Source: a virus (taxonomy: Duplodnaviria; Caudoviricetes). From it: 35,421 nt of DNA. The DNA lies in the IMG/VR virus record IMGVR_UViG_3300025687_000153, positions 1-35,421 of that record, one strand, 5' to 3'. The translations under genes were made by a program, and so were the position numbers. This document shows, one piece after another, positions 1 through 8,298 of this stretch. Each line of letters opens with the position of its first letter. The first letter of the stretch is position 1. Under the pieces are notes generated by a model. The model worked only from the letters and a program-made list of their open reading frames with translations, ran no database searches and was not told the origin of the DNA.

Positions 1-449
1 AGTGACAATGGCAGGGCCACTACCAGGTAGGGTCGAGCTTTTTGTTAAACAACTTCACAAGGTAAAGAATGGGGAATCTAGTCCTGAAGAGTTGGCTTTG
101 TTTGGGTTTAATCAAATGAATGTTTTGAATCCATTATTAGTAGGTAGGGGGGATGCAGCTTTTAAGGCTGCTGCTGCAATCAATGCAACCAATCTTTTTT
201 ATATTCGGCCTGTTCTCAATTATTTGGTTCTTCACTCGTTACAAGAGGCAGCGAATCCAGGATACTTTAGAAGGCAAGAGAGAAGACTTAACAAAGAGGG
301 AAGAGATTTTTTAATCAGACCGCTATAGGGGAAATGAAATGACAGTATCAAACAGCACATACAGAGTCAGTTACAACGGGAACGGAAGCACTACAAGCTT
401 CTCTATTCCGTTTTACTTTATCAATAATTCTGATTTGTTAGTAACAAAG
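1..449. repeat. Terminal direct repeat, left copy (circular/permuted assembly overlap)
   Basis: Matches 34973-35421 (offset 34972) except position 3 (T vs G). Lies across the end of the 1967-aa gene and the start of the tailspike gene. Confidence 0.97.
2..328 (+). CDS. Duplicated C-terminal fragment of the large ejection protein (29397..35300), not a separate gene
   Basis: Translation TMAGPLPGRVELF...DFLIRPL is identical to the end of the 1967-aa ORF. Confidence 0.93.
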   Translation: MTMAGPLPGRVELFVKQLHKVKNGESSPEELALFGFNQMNVLNPLLVGRGDAAFKAAAAINATNLFYIRPVLNYLVLHSLQEAANPGYFRRQERRLNKEGRDFLIRPL

Positions 450-2480
450 CAAAACACCGATGGAAGTGAAACCGCTTTTGTTCTTGGTACTGACTACAAT
501 TTAACAGGTGCAGGTGATTTGTCTGGTGGCACTTTAACAACTACCGCAATCTTAATAACTAATGAGAAAATTACTATTGAGAGAGATGCTCAGTTTACAC
601 AGTCCACCGACTATGAGCCTTTTGGAAGATTTCCAGCGGAAACGCTAGAACAAAATATTGATAAGCTCACAATGTTGTCTCAACAAGTAAAAGCATTGAC
701 TGATCGGGTTCCTTTGCTTGATAAAACTACAAGCTTTTTAAACCGATCCATTGCAGAGCCAGTATCAGGGAGCTACTTAATTTGGGGAAGTAGTGGTGAT
801 ATTGAAAGTGCTGTTGGCTCAGTAAACACTAGTACATACACTTTCCCCGATGCTTCCGCTGTAAGTAGGACAGTCACAAATAGACTTTCCGAAAAGGTAT
901 CTGTTAAAGATTTTGGAGCTGTTGGAGACGGTACAACTGATGATACTTCAGCATGTCAGTATGCTTTAGACAATTATGATCACGTTGTTTTCCCAGAAGG
1001 GTCTTATGCAGTCACAAACTTAACGACAACTAGAGCGCAGCAAGTAGTTGAATTTAGTAATGCACAGTTAAAAGGAATTGCATCAAGCTCTACCACTGCA
1101 ATTTTTAGAATCAGAAAGGCTCAATCTGTTTTTTACAACTTAAATGTCAACGGAAACTACAACACAAATTACACTGCTGCAATTCGCATAGATGCTGCCA
1201 GTGGTTCGGATTATCCGGGCAAGTGTGCTTGGTTTAACACTAGAGTTTATTCTTCATTGATTGGTATTTTAATTGGTGACATGACTAGCCCTGTTGATGC
1301 CCCTGTATCTGAGAATCATTTTATAGGGGGAGACTTTAGAGACGTAGAAAGAAACTTTGTTTGTTATCAGCCGAATGGTTTTACATTTATTTCAAACATG
1401 ACTCTTGATTGCCAAAGGTATGAGTGGGAGCTAGTTAGTCCAGGTTCTTTTTCTTACAGTCGTTCTTGTTCGATTGAGCTGTACGAAGGTTGGATGCAAT
1501 TCACAAACTGTTCATTGATTAAAGCTCAAACACCTTTAGGCTATCTGGTGGTAAATGGAAATTCAACTGCTGGCGTCGCTGGCACTTTAGTCTTTAGTGA
1601 CTGCCAAGCTGAAGCTGCTTGCCCTCATTTTTTTGGTTATAATGAAGCGCAGTTTACTATAAACGGGTGGCGCACTAATTGGTTCAATAATGCTACTGGC
1701 CCTTTTATACGGGTAGATAACGGATCTAGTGGAAACTTGGTAGCTACAAATCTTTACTACACTAGAGCTAGTGCTGCTGCTGCTGAGGCTTTGATTGATA
1801 GCACAACAGCAGAAGGATGGTTTTTCCATTTTGCTAATTGTGAATTTCAGGAACAAAACATTGGATCACTTTTAGAAGGCCCAAGAGGGGCATCAACTCT
1901 GTCACAAGTTGAGTTTGTAAATTGCTATACAAATGACACGACTTATGGAAAAGTTCTTTTGGACACAAGTAATATCAACATTGACCCAGGATTGATAGAG
2001 CTTCCTGTCGGTGGAGTAGGATCTGCCCCTCCAGCTGCACAATGGCAAACTACCGTTGGTGGTACTTCTATATTAGTTCAGACTGATGCAGGAACAGAGC
2101 ATAACCAATGTATCGACATGATAGCTGGAGCTGGAATAAACCAATTATTTTCTTGGCCTGCTGCTGGCAAAACGTGTCCATATCTTAAAGAAACGGGAAT
2201 ACTAGAATTCTGGCAAAAAGCTATTGCTGGTGCTAATGGGTTCAATGCTAGTATTATAATGTACTACGATGATTCAGGTACTAACTTAGGAAATTATACT
2301 TTGACTGATGGAACTGGCGGTATTGGGAAGATCGCTAACGGGAACACTTCCGCAGTCGATTGGCATAGAGTTCAGATAGTTATTCCAGGTTGGTATCCAA
2401 AAGCAACAAAGATAGGCTTTGAATTTAGGCAACAAGCAACTTCCCAGCAATGGAAAATTGCTGGTGTTAGAGTTTTTTAA
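339..2480 (+). CDS. Tailspike/tail fibre: T7 gp17-like N-terminal adaptor, pectate-lyase-like beta-helix, putative C-terminal carbohydrate-binding domain
   Basis: N-terminal YNGNGSTTSFSIPFYF...LEQNIDKLTMLSQQ is typical of podovirus fibre adaptors. SVKDFGAVGDGTTDDTSA is a beta-helix start motif. GGGGAA RBS upstream. Confidence 0.85.
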   Translation: MTVSNSTYRVSYNGNGSTTSFSIPFYFINNSDLLVTKQNTDGSETAFVLGTDYNLTGAGDLSGGTLTTTAILITNEKITIERDAQFTQSTDYEPFGRFPAETLEQNIDKLTMLSQQVKALTDRVPLLDKTTSFLNRSIAEPVSGSYLIWGSSGDIESAVGSVNTSTYTFPDASAVSRTVTNRLSEKVSVKDFGAVGDGTTDDTSACQYALDNYDHVVFPEGSYAVTNLTTTRAQQVVEFSNAQLKGIASSSTTAIFRIRKAQSVFYNLNVNGNYNTNYTAAIRIDAASGSDYPGKCAWFNTRVYSSLIGILIGDMTSPVDAPVSENHFIGGDFRDVERNFVCYQPNGFTFISNMTLDCQRYEWELVSPGSFSYSRSCSIELYEGWMQFTNCSLIKAQTPLGYLVVNGNSTAGVAGTLVFSDCQAEAACPHFFGYNEAQFTINGWRTNWFNNATGPFIRVDNGSSGNLVATNLYYTRASAAAAEALIDSTTAEGWFFHFANCEFQEQNIGSLLEGPRGASTLSQVEFVNCYTNDTTYGKVLLDTSNINIDPGLIELPVGGVGSAPPAAQWQTTVGGTSILVQTDAGTEHNQCIDMIAGAGINQLFSWPAAGKTCPYLKETGILEFWQKAIAGANGFNASIIMYYDDSGTNLGNYTLTDGTGGIGKIANGNTSAVDWHRVQIVIPGWYPKATKIGFEFRQQATSQQWKIAGVRVF

Positions 2481-2490
2481 AGGGGGAAAA

Positions 2491-2910
2491 ATGAAAAAAT
2501 TATTGTTTATATTGGTTTCTGTAAATGTTATGTGTTCTGACATTGTAACCATGAGCATACCAAGGATGCTTTTACAATCTGGAGCTGCTTTTACAAGCTT
2601 GAGCAATTCAGGGTTGACTACAGCGTTTTTGGATTGTGGTCGTAATGACATGGTTACTTACTCTGTTCGTCTAACATTTTCCACAACTGGGAAAGTTGCA
2701 TTGTGTCCTTCTGATGCTTCTGGTCTTTGCACAAGCGCAGGAGACACAACAGAAACAAGCGCAATCAGTTTAAGCTCTGGAGATATTATCTGGCTTGGCT
2801 ACAGTCCAAGTCTAAAAAGCTATGTACCTTCTGAGGTAACAACATTTACTAAAATCGATGGAAGCTTTGTTGCTAACCGCTGGTGTGCTCGTGAGGACTT
2901 TTTGAAATGA
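2491..2910 (+). CDS. Hypothetical protein with predicted N-terminal signal peptide (139 aa)
   Basis: AGGGGGAAAA RBS before ATG 2491. MKKLLFILVSVNVMC has a basic n-region followed by a hydrophobic h-region. Confidence 0.7.
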   Translation: MKKLLFILVSVNVMCSDIVTMSIPRMLLQSGAAFTSLSNSGLTTAFLDCGRNDMVTYSVRLTFSTTGKVALCPSDASGLCTSAGDTTETSAISLSSGDIIWLGYSPSLKSYVPSEVTTFTKIDGSFVANRWCAREDFLK

Positions 2911-4202
2911 AACTTTTATTGATTTTAATTTTTGTCAGCTCGACTTTTAGTTTTGATATTTTTGAAAGATTTATGCCGTTTTCAGGTACGGTAGATACTT
3001 CGTTATCAATAAACTCAACTGGAAGTTCAACATGGAACAATCTTAATGTTACGGGAACGCTCACGGGAGCAAATGTAAACCTAAACTCTGGAAACATTGA
3101 CGGAATAGCAATAGGGCAAACAACACCATCTAACGCAATATTTGGAATTACCACATCAACCACGGCGTACATAACCACTATGAACGCCATAAATGCAAAC
3201 ATAACCACTATAAACGCCACAAATGTAAACGCCACAAGCATAACCAAGGCAGCATTCAACACCCCAACGATCACGCTATCCCAAGACACTGATTTTGTTC
3301 TTTCAGGTGGTGTTAATGGTTTAAGTGTTGACGGCACCACTTTTAGCGTTGATGGATTAAACAATAGAATAGGAATTGGAATTTCTTCTCCAACTGCCCC
3401 ATTGGACTTCGGCACAAATTTTTATTCTGGAACTCCAAGCACAGCATCTCAAGCAATTAATAAAATAAATTTATTACCTACTGGAGGGAATCCTCTGTAC
3501 GGACTAGGAATGTCAAGCAACTCTCTAAATATAGTTGCTGGCGAAGCATCTGGAAAGATAACACTTTGGACTGGTGGAATAAATGCTAATGCAACATTGG
3601 AGTCAGACGGTGGTTTTGTTGTTGGTTCCACTTCCACAAGCTACGAAATAGAAGCAGCCACCGGGCAAGTCGCAGGAGCAGGAGCTTATGTTAATACTTC
3701 TGACAAACGCTTAAAGAAAGATGTTGAACCGATCCAAAATGCCTGTGCGAAAGTCATGCAGCTTGAACCAGTTCTTTATAATTGGAGGACAAGATTTACT
3801 CCAGAAGATAAGAAAATAGTCCGTTCTGTGAATTTCTATGACTCTGTGACCAAAACTATTGAATTAACAAAGTTAGTTTCCATTGATGGAGAAAAATTTG
3901 TCACAACAGTTCCCGAAGTAATCACTGAAAAGGTTATGAAAAAGTCTGAGTTTACAAATAACCGACTCAGAGAAATCAATCAGCCTCATGGTCAAAAGGA
4001 CATTGGATTCTTGGCACAAGATGTTGAAACATTGTTTCCCCAAGCTGTGAGTATTGATGAGAGAGGGAAGTATCTTCTTGCATACTCCAAATTCATACCG
4101 TTGCAGACAGCATGTATTCAGGAGCAACAACAAGAACTCACAAACTTAAAGGTAAAACTTCAGAGTATTGTTGCTCGTCTGGATCTGCTTGAGAGGCAGT
4201 AA
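2907..4202 (+). CDS. Fibre-like protein with C-terminal peptidase S74 intramolecular chaperone and N-terminal signal-peptide-like segment
   Basis: TSDKRLKKDVEPI, GFLAQDVETLFPQAV and a C-terminal coiled coil are S74 hallmarks. NNRIGIGISSPTAPLD is a fibre repeat. N-terminus is MKLLLILIFVSSTFS. Confidence 0.85.
   Translation: MKLLLILIFVSSTFSFDIFERFMPFSGTVDTSLSINSTGSSTWNNLNVTGTLTGANVNLNSGNIDGIAIGQTTPSNAIFGITTSTTAYITTMNAINANITTINATNVNATSITKAAFNTPTITLSQDTDFVLSGGVNGLSVDGTTFSVDGLNNRIGIGISSPTAPLDFGTNFYSGTPSTASQAINKINLLPTGGNPLYGLGMSSNSLNIVAGEASGKITLWTGGINANATLESDGGFVVGSTSTSYEIEAATGQVAGAGAYVNTSDKRLKKDVEPIQNACAKVMQLEPVLYNWRTRFTPEDKKIVRSVNFYDSVTKTIELTKLVSIDGEKFVTTVPEVITEKVMKKSEFTNNRLREINQPHGQKDIGFLAQDVETLFPQAVSIDERGKYLLAYSKFIPLQTACIQEQQQELTNLKVKLQSIVARLDLLERQ
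3171..3230 (+). repeat. In-frame 30-bp tandem repeat (ITTMNAINAN / ITTINATNVN)
   Basis: ataaccactatgaacgccataaatgcaaac vs ataaccactataaacgccacaaatgtaaac, 27/30 identical. Confidence 0.85.
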
Positions 4203-4453
4203 TGTCAGAAGAAAAAGAAGGAAAAACAATCATAACACTTGAGAAGCTTTCCCTCATTATGGGCATGTTTATCATGGTTGCTTCTCCTGTCACTTTTCTT
4301 TACATGCACAAGCTCGATAAAGCGGATTTTAAAGAATACCGGCTTGAAATGAAAAACGAATTACAAGATACAAAAAAACAAGTTAATCAAATATCTGAAA
4401 ATGTTGTGTGGATTAAGGCCACACTAGCGGAAAAAGGAAGAAAGGAAAACTGA
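4202..4453 (+). CDS. Putative holin/antiholin-like membrane protein (one TM helix plus coiled coil)
   Basis: Hydrophobic LSLIMGMFIMVASPVTFLYM; located two genes upstream of the endolysin. Confidence 0.5.
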   Translation: MSEEKEGKTIITLEKLSLIMGMFIMVASPVTFLYMHKLDKADFKEYRLEMKNELQDTKKQVNQISENVVWIKATLAEKGRKEN

Positions 4454-4698
4454 TGGGATTATTTAGTAGACTATCACCTGAGAGAATTGCAGCGAGACTA
4501 GTAAGAAAAGGTCTTGACCATATCGACGCAAAGATTGATACAAAGGAAGAGCGTAGAGCATTAGCTGAGAAATTTGCAGAAGCGCACAACTTACCAATAC
4601 TAGATGAATCTGAAGAGATTGCAGCAATCGAAAAAGGTTTTGAAATGATCCACGAAGGCTTTGAGCATTTAGATAAAATACTGGATGCCTTAGACTAA
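4453..4698 (+). CDS. Hypothetical protein in lysis cassette
   Basis: 81-aa ORF tightly coupled to both neighbours. Confidence 0.65.
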   Translation: MGLFSRLSPERIAARLVRKGLDHIDAKIDTKEERRALAEKFAEAHNLPILDESEEIAAIEKGFEMIHEGFEHLDKILDALD

Positions 4699-4699
4699 T

Positions 4700-5239
4700 A
4701 TGAATCCTAAAATCTGGGAAGAGATTTTCAAGAACGAAGGTGGACTCTATTTTAGAGATGGACTTCACACGAAGTACGGGATTGCTTTTGAGCATAACGT
4801 GAATTACCTCTCACCTTTCGAAATCACTGAACCAGAGCAAATCAAAGACTTGAAGAAAGAAGAAGCGGCAGAGATTTACAAAGTTAAATACTTGCCAAAA
4901 TCAAAAGCAGACAAGCTACCTGATAACCTGGCATACACTCACTTGGATTTTTTTATCAACAAGTGGACACAAGCAAACAAGACACTGCAGGAAGTTTGCA
5001 ACGATGTGTTATCTACGAAGCTTGATATTGATGGAATCCTTGGCCCGAAGTCCATGAGTGCAATTGCTATTATGACAAGCGGATACCCGGACGAGATTAT
5101 CGCTGACTTGTACAACTTCAAGCGTATTCAGTTCTATCACGAGATCTGCCAAAGAAAGCGCAAAACTTTTGGTTACGATAAGAACTTCGTGCTTGATTTG
5201 TACGCAAGTTGGCTACGACGATGCAGGAGACTTGCTTAA
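4700..5239 (+). CDS. Endolysin, glycoside hydrolase family 108 with C-terminal peptidoglycan-binding domain
   Basis: NEGG and TKYGI motifs, AAEIYKVKY, DIDGILGPKS and terminal W-L-R-R. Confidence 0.85.
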   Translation: MNPKIWEEIFKNEGGLYFRDGLHTKYGIAFEHNVNYLSPFEITEPEQIKDLKKEEAAEIYKVKYLPKSKADKLPDNLAYTHLDFFINKWTQANKTLQEVCNDVLSTKLDIDGILGPKSMSAIAIMTSGYPDEIIADLYNFKRIQFYHEICQRKRKTFGYDKNFVLDLYASWLRRCRRLA

Positions 5240-5872
5240 ATTCTTCTTAAAAAGTTCTCGATTGAATGAAGCGCAACTTGTGGAGCAGTGTTCTTGCTTT
5301 GCCCATTGACAAGGTTCAATTCTCACTTTCTTTCCGTTTCTTGTGGTAATCGGCCAAGGAAACTCAAGCCCACAGTATTTGCACCGCTTCTTGTCAGGTA
5401 GTCCTTGGTTCTTTGATCGTCCTCTTGCACTACATTCTTTTGAGCAGTAAGCCTGATTTTTGTATGGAATCTTTACGTCACAGCCAAGAACAGAGCAAAT
5501 CTTATCTGATGTCTGGCTTCTTTCTGTGCTCTCAAGTCCTGCAATAACTTCTGAGCGTTTTTCTTTCAGAGTCTTACTCAGATGCTTCTTGAACTTTTTG
5601 ACTTCCTCAATCAGCTTTATTTCCATTTCTCTTGCCAGTTTCAAGTTAGCTTTTGGATCTTTGAAAGGCTCCCATGATTGATGCACACAGCCACCAAGAA
5701 TTGTTTTCTGGTAAATGAATTGCATTCTTTCTGGATCAAAGTTCAGTCCCTTAATTCTGGCGAACTCTTCCATATCTTGAAAGCTCCACAAACCAGCATC
5801 GCAATAGTGCTGAACCATGGTTCTTAAACTCTTGCAATCACTGAGCAAGTCTTGCAGTTTTCTTATGCTCAT
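5213..5872 (-). CDS. Hypothetical protein with C-terminal Cys-rich zinc-binding repeats
   Basis: CSVLGC..YCSKEC and CKYCG..HCSTSC motifs. Confidence 0.7.
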   Translation of the reverse strand: MSIRKLQDLLSDCKSLRTMVQHYCDAGLWSFQDMEEFARIKGLNFDPERMQFIYQKTILGGCVHQSWEPFKDPKANLKLAREMEIKLIEEVKKFKKHLSKTLKEKRSEVIAGLESTERSQTSDKICSVLGCDVKIPYKNQAYCSKECSARGRSKNQGLPDKKRCKYCGLEFPWPITTRNGKKVRIEPCQWAKQEHCSTSCASFNRELFKKNLSKSPASS

Positions 5873-5997
5873 TTTTTTACCTCAAAGATTTCCAAGCATC
5901 GTTTGCATTCTGCTTTTGTTTGAAAGTCATAGTAGTTATGGATTCCATGTGCGCAATTTGGGCATCTTGGTCTTTTTGGTTTTGGTTTTTCTTTCAC
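5869..5997 (-). CDS. Small zinc-finger protein (42 aa, absent from ORF track)
   Basis: GTG start after a GGGGGAG RBS. MKEKPKPKRPRCPNCAHGIHNYYDFQTKAECKRCLEIFEVKK has CxxC..CxxC. 4-nt overlaps with both neighbours. Confidence 0.7.
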   Translation of the reverse strand: MKEKPKPKRPRCPNCAHGIHNYYDFQTKAECKRCLEIFEVKK

Positions 5998-6305
5998 TTC
6001 TCCCCCTTCGCTTTTTTATTTAACCAATCTACAAAATCAGCAACTTCATGCCCTTCGCTGAAATCGTGAGTCATTTCTGAAAATTCACGCATCATTTCAA
6101 ACGCTATCTCCGCCTTCCTCTTTTCGTCGAGTCGTGGGAGGTTGTTCGGCACAAAAACGCAATTTACTTTTTGATCAAATTGAGTTCGTGTACCTTCTAT
6201 ATAGGTTGTAATTTCATATATCCATCCTCCTTCAACTTTTAACCTTTTCGTAGTTGAAGCTGGAACTTGAAGATTTTCACCATCCACTAGTTCAAATTCA
6301 CTCAT
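5994..6305 (-). CDS. Hypothetical protein
   Basis: 103-aa ORF coupled within the early operon; TKRLKVEGGWIY segment. Confidence 0.7.
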   Translation of the reverse strand: MSEFELVDGENLQVPASTTKRLKVEGGWIYEITTYIEGTRTQFDQKVNCVFVPNNLPRLDEKRKAEIAFEMMREFSEMTHDFSEGHEVADFVDWLNKKAKGEK

Positions 6306-6456
6306 TCGAAACTCCCTTGATTTTCTTTTTACAGCTCTTTAGTGCTTCACTAACATCATTGACACACTTCTCACAATTCCAAAGGGTATAATATGGCGTT
6401 TCAGTAAGAGTTAAATCTCCATGGCATATCCAGCATTTTGGCGTTTCTTCACTCAC
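6298..6456 (-). CDS. Small zinc-finger protein (52 aa, absent from ORF track)
   Basis: GGGAGG RBS and GTG start; SEETPKCWICHGD...WNCEKCV. Confidence 0.65.
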   Translation of the reverse strand: MSEETPKCWICHGDLTLTETPYYTLWNCEKCVNDVSEALKSCKKKIKGVSNE

Positions 6457-6578
6457 TCGATAACCTCCCGAATCTTCTCAACAGCATAGCGAACTCCATC
6501 GTCCCAAGAGTCATTGAATTGTTCATCTGGAAGTGAGTCATTTACACTCATCCACTTTCCGAATTTTGGTTTATACAT
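6453..6578 (-). CDS. Small hypothetical protein (41 aa) with DUF551-like W-x-S-V-x-D-x-L-P motif
   Basis: MYKPKFGKWMSVNDSLPDEQ...; fills the gap between coupled ORFs. Confidence 0.55.
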   Translation of the reverse strand: MYKPKFGKWMSVNDSLPDEQFNDSWDDGVRYAVEKIREVIE

Positions 6579-7132
6579 CACTCACCCCCAAGTATTTGAC
6601 GAAGCTCATTCAACTCATAAGCTATCGTTTCAGAATTTCTTATAGTGTCTTTTGGTATTTCAAGTTCGATACTTTCCAACAGCCCCAAAGCCCTTTCCCT
6701 GTCGAAACAGGATTGATCTGTAATATGTCTTTTTAGTTGTTCTTTATAGATTGTGTCCCATCCGCAAGTGGGACATTTAAACACTTGATTATTCGGTTTT
6801 TCCGAATTTTCTAATACAAGCTTCTGGGGGCTGTTTTCGTAGGTGATTGATTTATATTTACTCATGCCCCAATATAAAATATTTCTCCCATTCCAGTGCT
6901 CACCATTCAAACTTTTTACTGGTTTTTCAGTAAATGAATACAAGCGACCACTTTTACTTCTCGCCAACCAAAGGCAATCCTCTTCCTCACTCGTTGCGCT
7001 TTCTGCAACAACTGACTGAGACAAATCTGATGCTGTTTTTGTCTCAAGGTCTTGGACTTTATCTTCCAATTCTACGACTCGATCTGCTATTTCATTTAAC
7101 CATCTTCTCAAGCACTCTATTTCAATGCTCAT
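6578..7132 (-). CDS. Hypothetical protein with coiled coil and C2H2-like zinc finger
   Basis: FKCPTCGWDTIYKEQLKRHI; GGAGG RBS. Confidence 0.7.
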   Translation of the reverse strand: MSIEIECLRRWLNEIADRVVELEDKVQDLETKTASDLSQSVVAESATSEEEDCLWLARSKSGRLYSFTEKPVKSLNGEHWNGRNILYWGMSKYKSITYENSPQKLVLENSEKPNNQVFKCPTCGWDTIYKEQLKRHITDQSCFDRERALGLLESIELEIPKDTIRNSETIAYELNELRQILGGE

Positions 7133-7194
7133 ATCAAAACCTCCAAAGCTTTCACAAAACCTCCCTCTCTTAACATAATCTCGATTATGTGCAG

Positions 7195-7422
7195 TTAAAT
7201 TCGTTTCTTTTCAAGAGTGAATCCGCAGCTGTCCAAAAATAAAGCAAGGCTTTCAATATCAGCATCGATTTCCACTCCATCTTTTGAGAAGGCAATATTG
7301 CCCAGGGTATTCTCATCGTCTGGGTAGGTGAAGATCAATTCTTCACCTGATCTGAGCTTTCCACTTATTGAGTCAAACTCGTGTTCAATTTGCATTTTTA
7401 ACTCCATACATTCTCTTTTCAA
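7195..7422 (-). CDS. Hypothetical protein
   Basis: ORF in the early operon. True start is probably a downstream Met. Confidence 0.55.
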   Translation of the reverse strand: MKRECMELKMQIEHEFDSISGKLRSGEELIFTYPDDENTLGNIAFSKDGVEIDADIESLALFLDSCGFTLEKKRI

Positions 7423-7855
7423 AATCTGTCATTTGACGGACAGTACAATTGGAGCTATAAGATTTTTCGTCTCTAAAAATGGGAATGTCTGTGTGAATAC
7501 TCATTGAGTCTTGTTTCCTTTTCTCGCTCCGTTCTTTTGCAGTAGCCCTGGATGAACAGGACAAACTGCAATATTTGCGAACTTTCCACAAAGAAGGGGG
7601 TATCAAGCTCTCGATCCCTCTGTTGTTATAGGTTGGTCTTCTAAACTCTTTCCCACAATGCTGGCATTTTTTCTTGTATTTGGAAGAATCAGTGCCAATT
7701 TTCTTGTCTGCCCCCATGCAAATACGAGAGCAGTATTTTTGTTCCTTAAATCTTTGAGGTGACTGAGTTCTTTTGTAAATCTCGCCACAATAAATACATT
7801 TCTTAGTTTCCGTTTTGGTAATTTGATCTTCAATGTAGTTCATATCAAACCTCAC
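7385..7855 (-). CDS. Hypothetical protein with two CxxCG..YCSxxC zinc-binding repeats
   Basis: KCIYCGEIY..KYCSRIC and KCQHCGKEF..KYCSLSC. Confidence 0.75.
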   Translation of the reverse strand: MRFDMNYIEDQITKTETKKCIYCGEIYKRTQSPQRFKEQKYCSRICMGADKKIGTDSSKYKKKCQHCGKEFRRPTYNNRGIESLIPPSLWKVRKYCSLSCSSRATAKERSEKRKQDSMSIHTDIPIFRDEKSYSSNCTVRQMTDFEKRMYGVKNAN

Positions 7856-8142
7856 TTATAATTCACAATGTCACGAATGGCCTTGATATAACCATCCGCT
7901 TCGATTCTTTCTTCGTACTCCTTGGAGTTCTCAAGCTTGTACCAATTCTCGTAAAGTTCTCTGGCTGTTGCTTCATTGAACTCTTCTTCTAAATCAATAA
8001 ATTCTTCGCCACAACATCCTCGACTTTCCCACTCGGCAGGTGATTCCCTTGTTTGGGCATAGGTTTCTACGGATTCGCCTGTTGTGATCTGATCGCATTC
8101 ATCACACAACAAAATGAATTCTACTGGTGTTTTCCTTCTCAT
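7852..8142 (-). CDS. Hypothetical Cys-containing protein
   Basis: ATG 8142 preceded by GCAAGGGAGAG; CDEC..GCCG. Confidence 0.7.
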   Translation of the reverse strand: MRRKTPVEFILLCDECDQITTGESVETYAQTRESPAEWESRGCCGEEFIDLEEEFNEATARELYENWYKLENSKEYEERIEADGYIKAIRDIVNYK

Positions 8143-8160
8143 TTCTCTCCCTTGCAAATG

Positions 8161-8298
8161 AAAACCCCCCGACAAGTTGAACACCGCTAAGGATTGCCAG
8201 GGGGCGGACTAGGAACAAAGCCTAGCGTAGATATTGTTTTGTTGGTTGCGGTGTTCAGTCGCTTGTTTAATTAAATCATGGTTAGGTTATGGTTTCAA
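8161..8298 (-). promoter_or_regulatory. Putative promoter plus attenuator-like structured leader/sRNA
   Basis: TTGAAA(8298-8293)-17-TTTAAT(8275-8270). Perfect 10-bp inverted repeat at 8248-8257/8178-8187 competes with terminator-like stem 8194-8204/8165-8175 followed by UUUU. Confidence 0.55.

Noticed and set aside
2873-3415. 180-aa antisense ORF and the other opposite-strand ORFs inside long genes (e.g. 24873-25388, 22305-22763)
   Set aside because: They are shadows of well-supported genes, with no RBS or recognisable motifs.
339-4202. Diversity-generating retroelement, suggested by the BPP-1-like structural module
   Set aside because: No reverse transcriptase ORF, and no TR/VR-like repeat pair with adenine-specific mismatches was seen.
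5267-5277. TGAAGCGCAAC shared with the loop at 8738-8748
   Set aside because: A single 11-mer match in the same orientation inside a CDS is compatible with chance.
5869-5997. Possible frameshift joining the 103-aa ORF to a zinc-finger frame
   Set aside because: On recount, the zinc-finger ORF has its own in-frame GTG and RBS, so no frameshift is needed.
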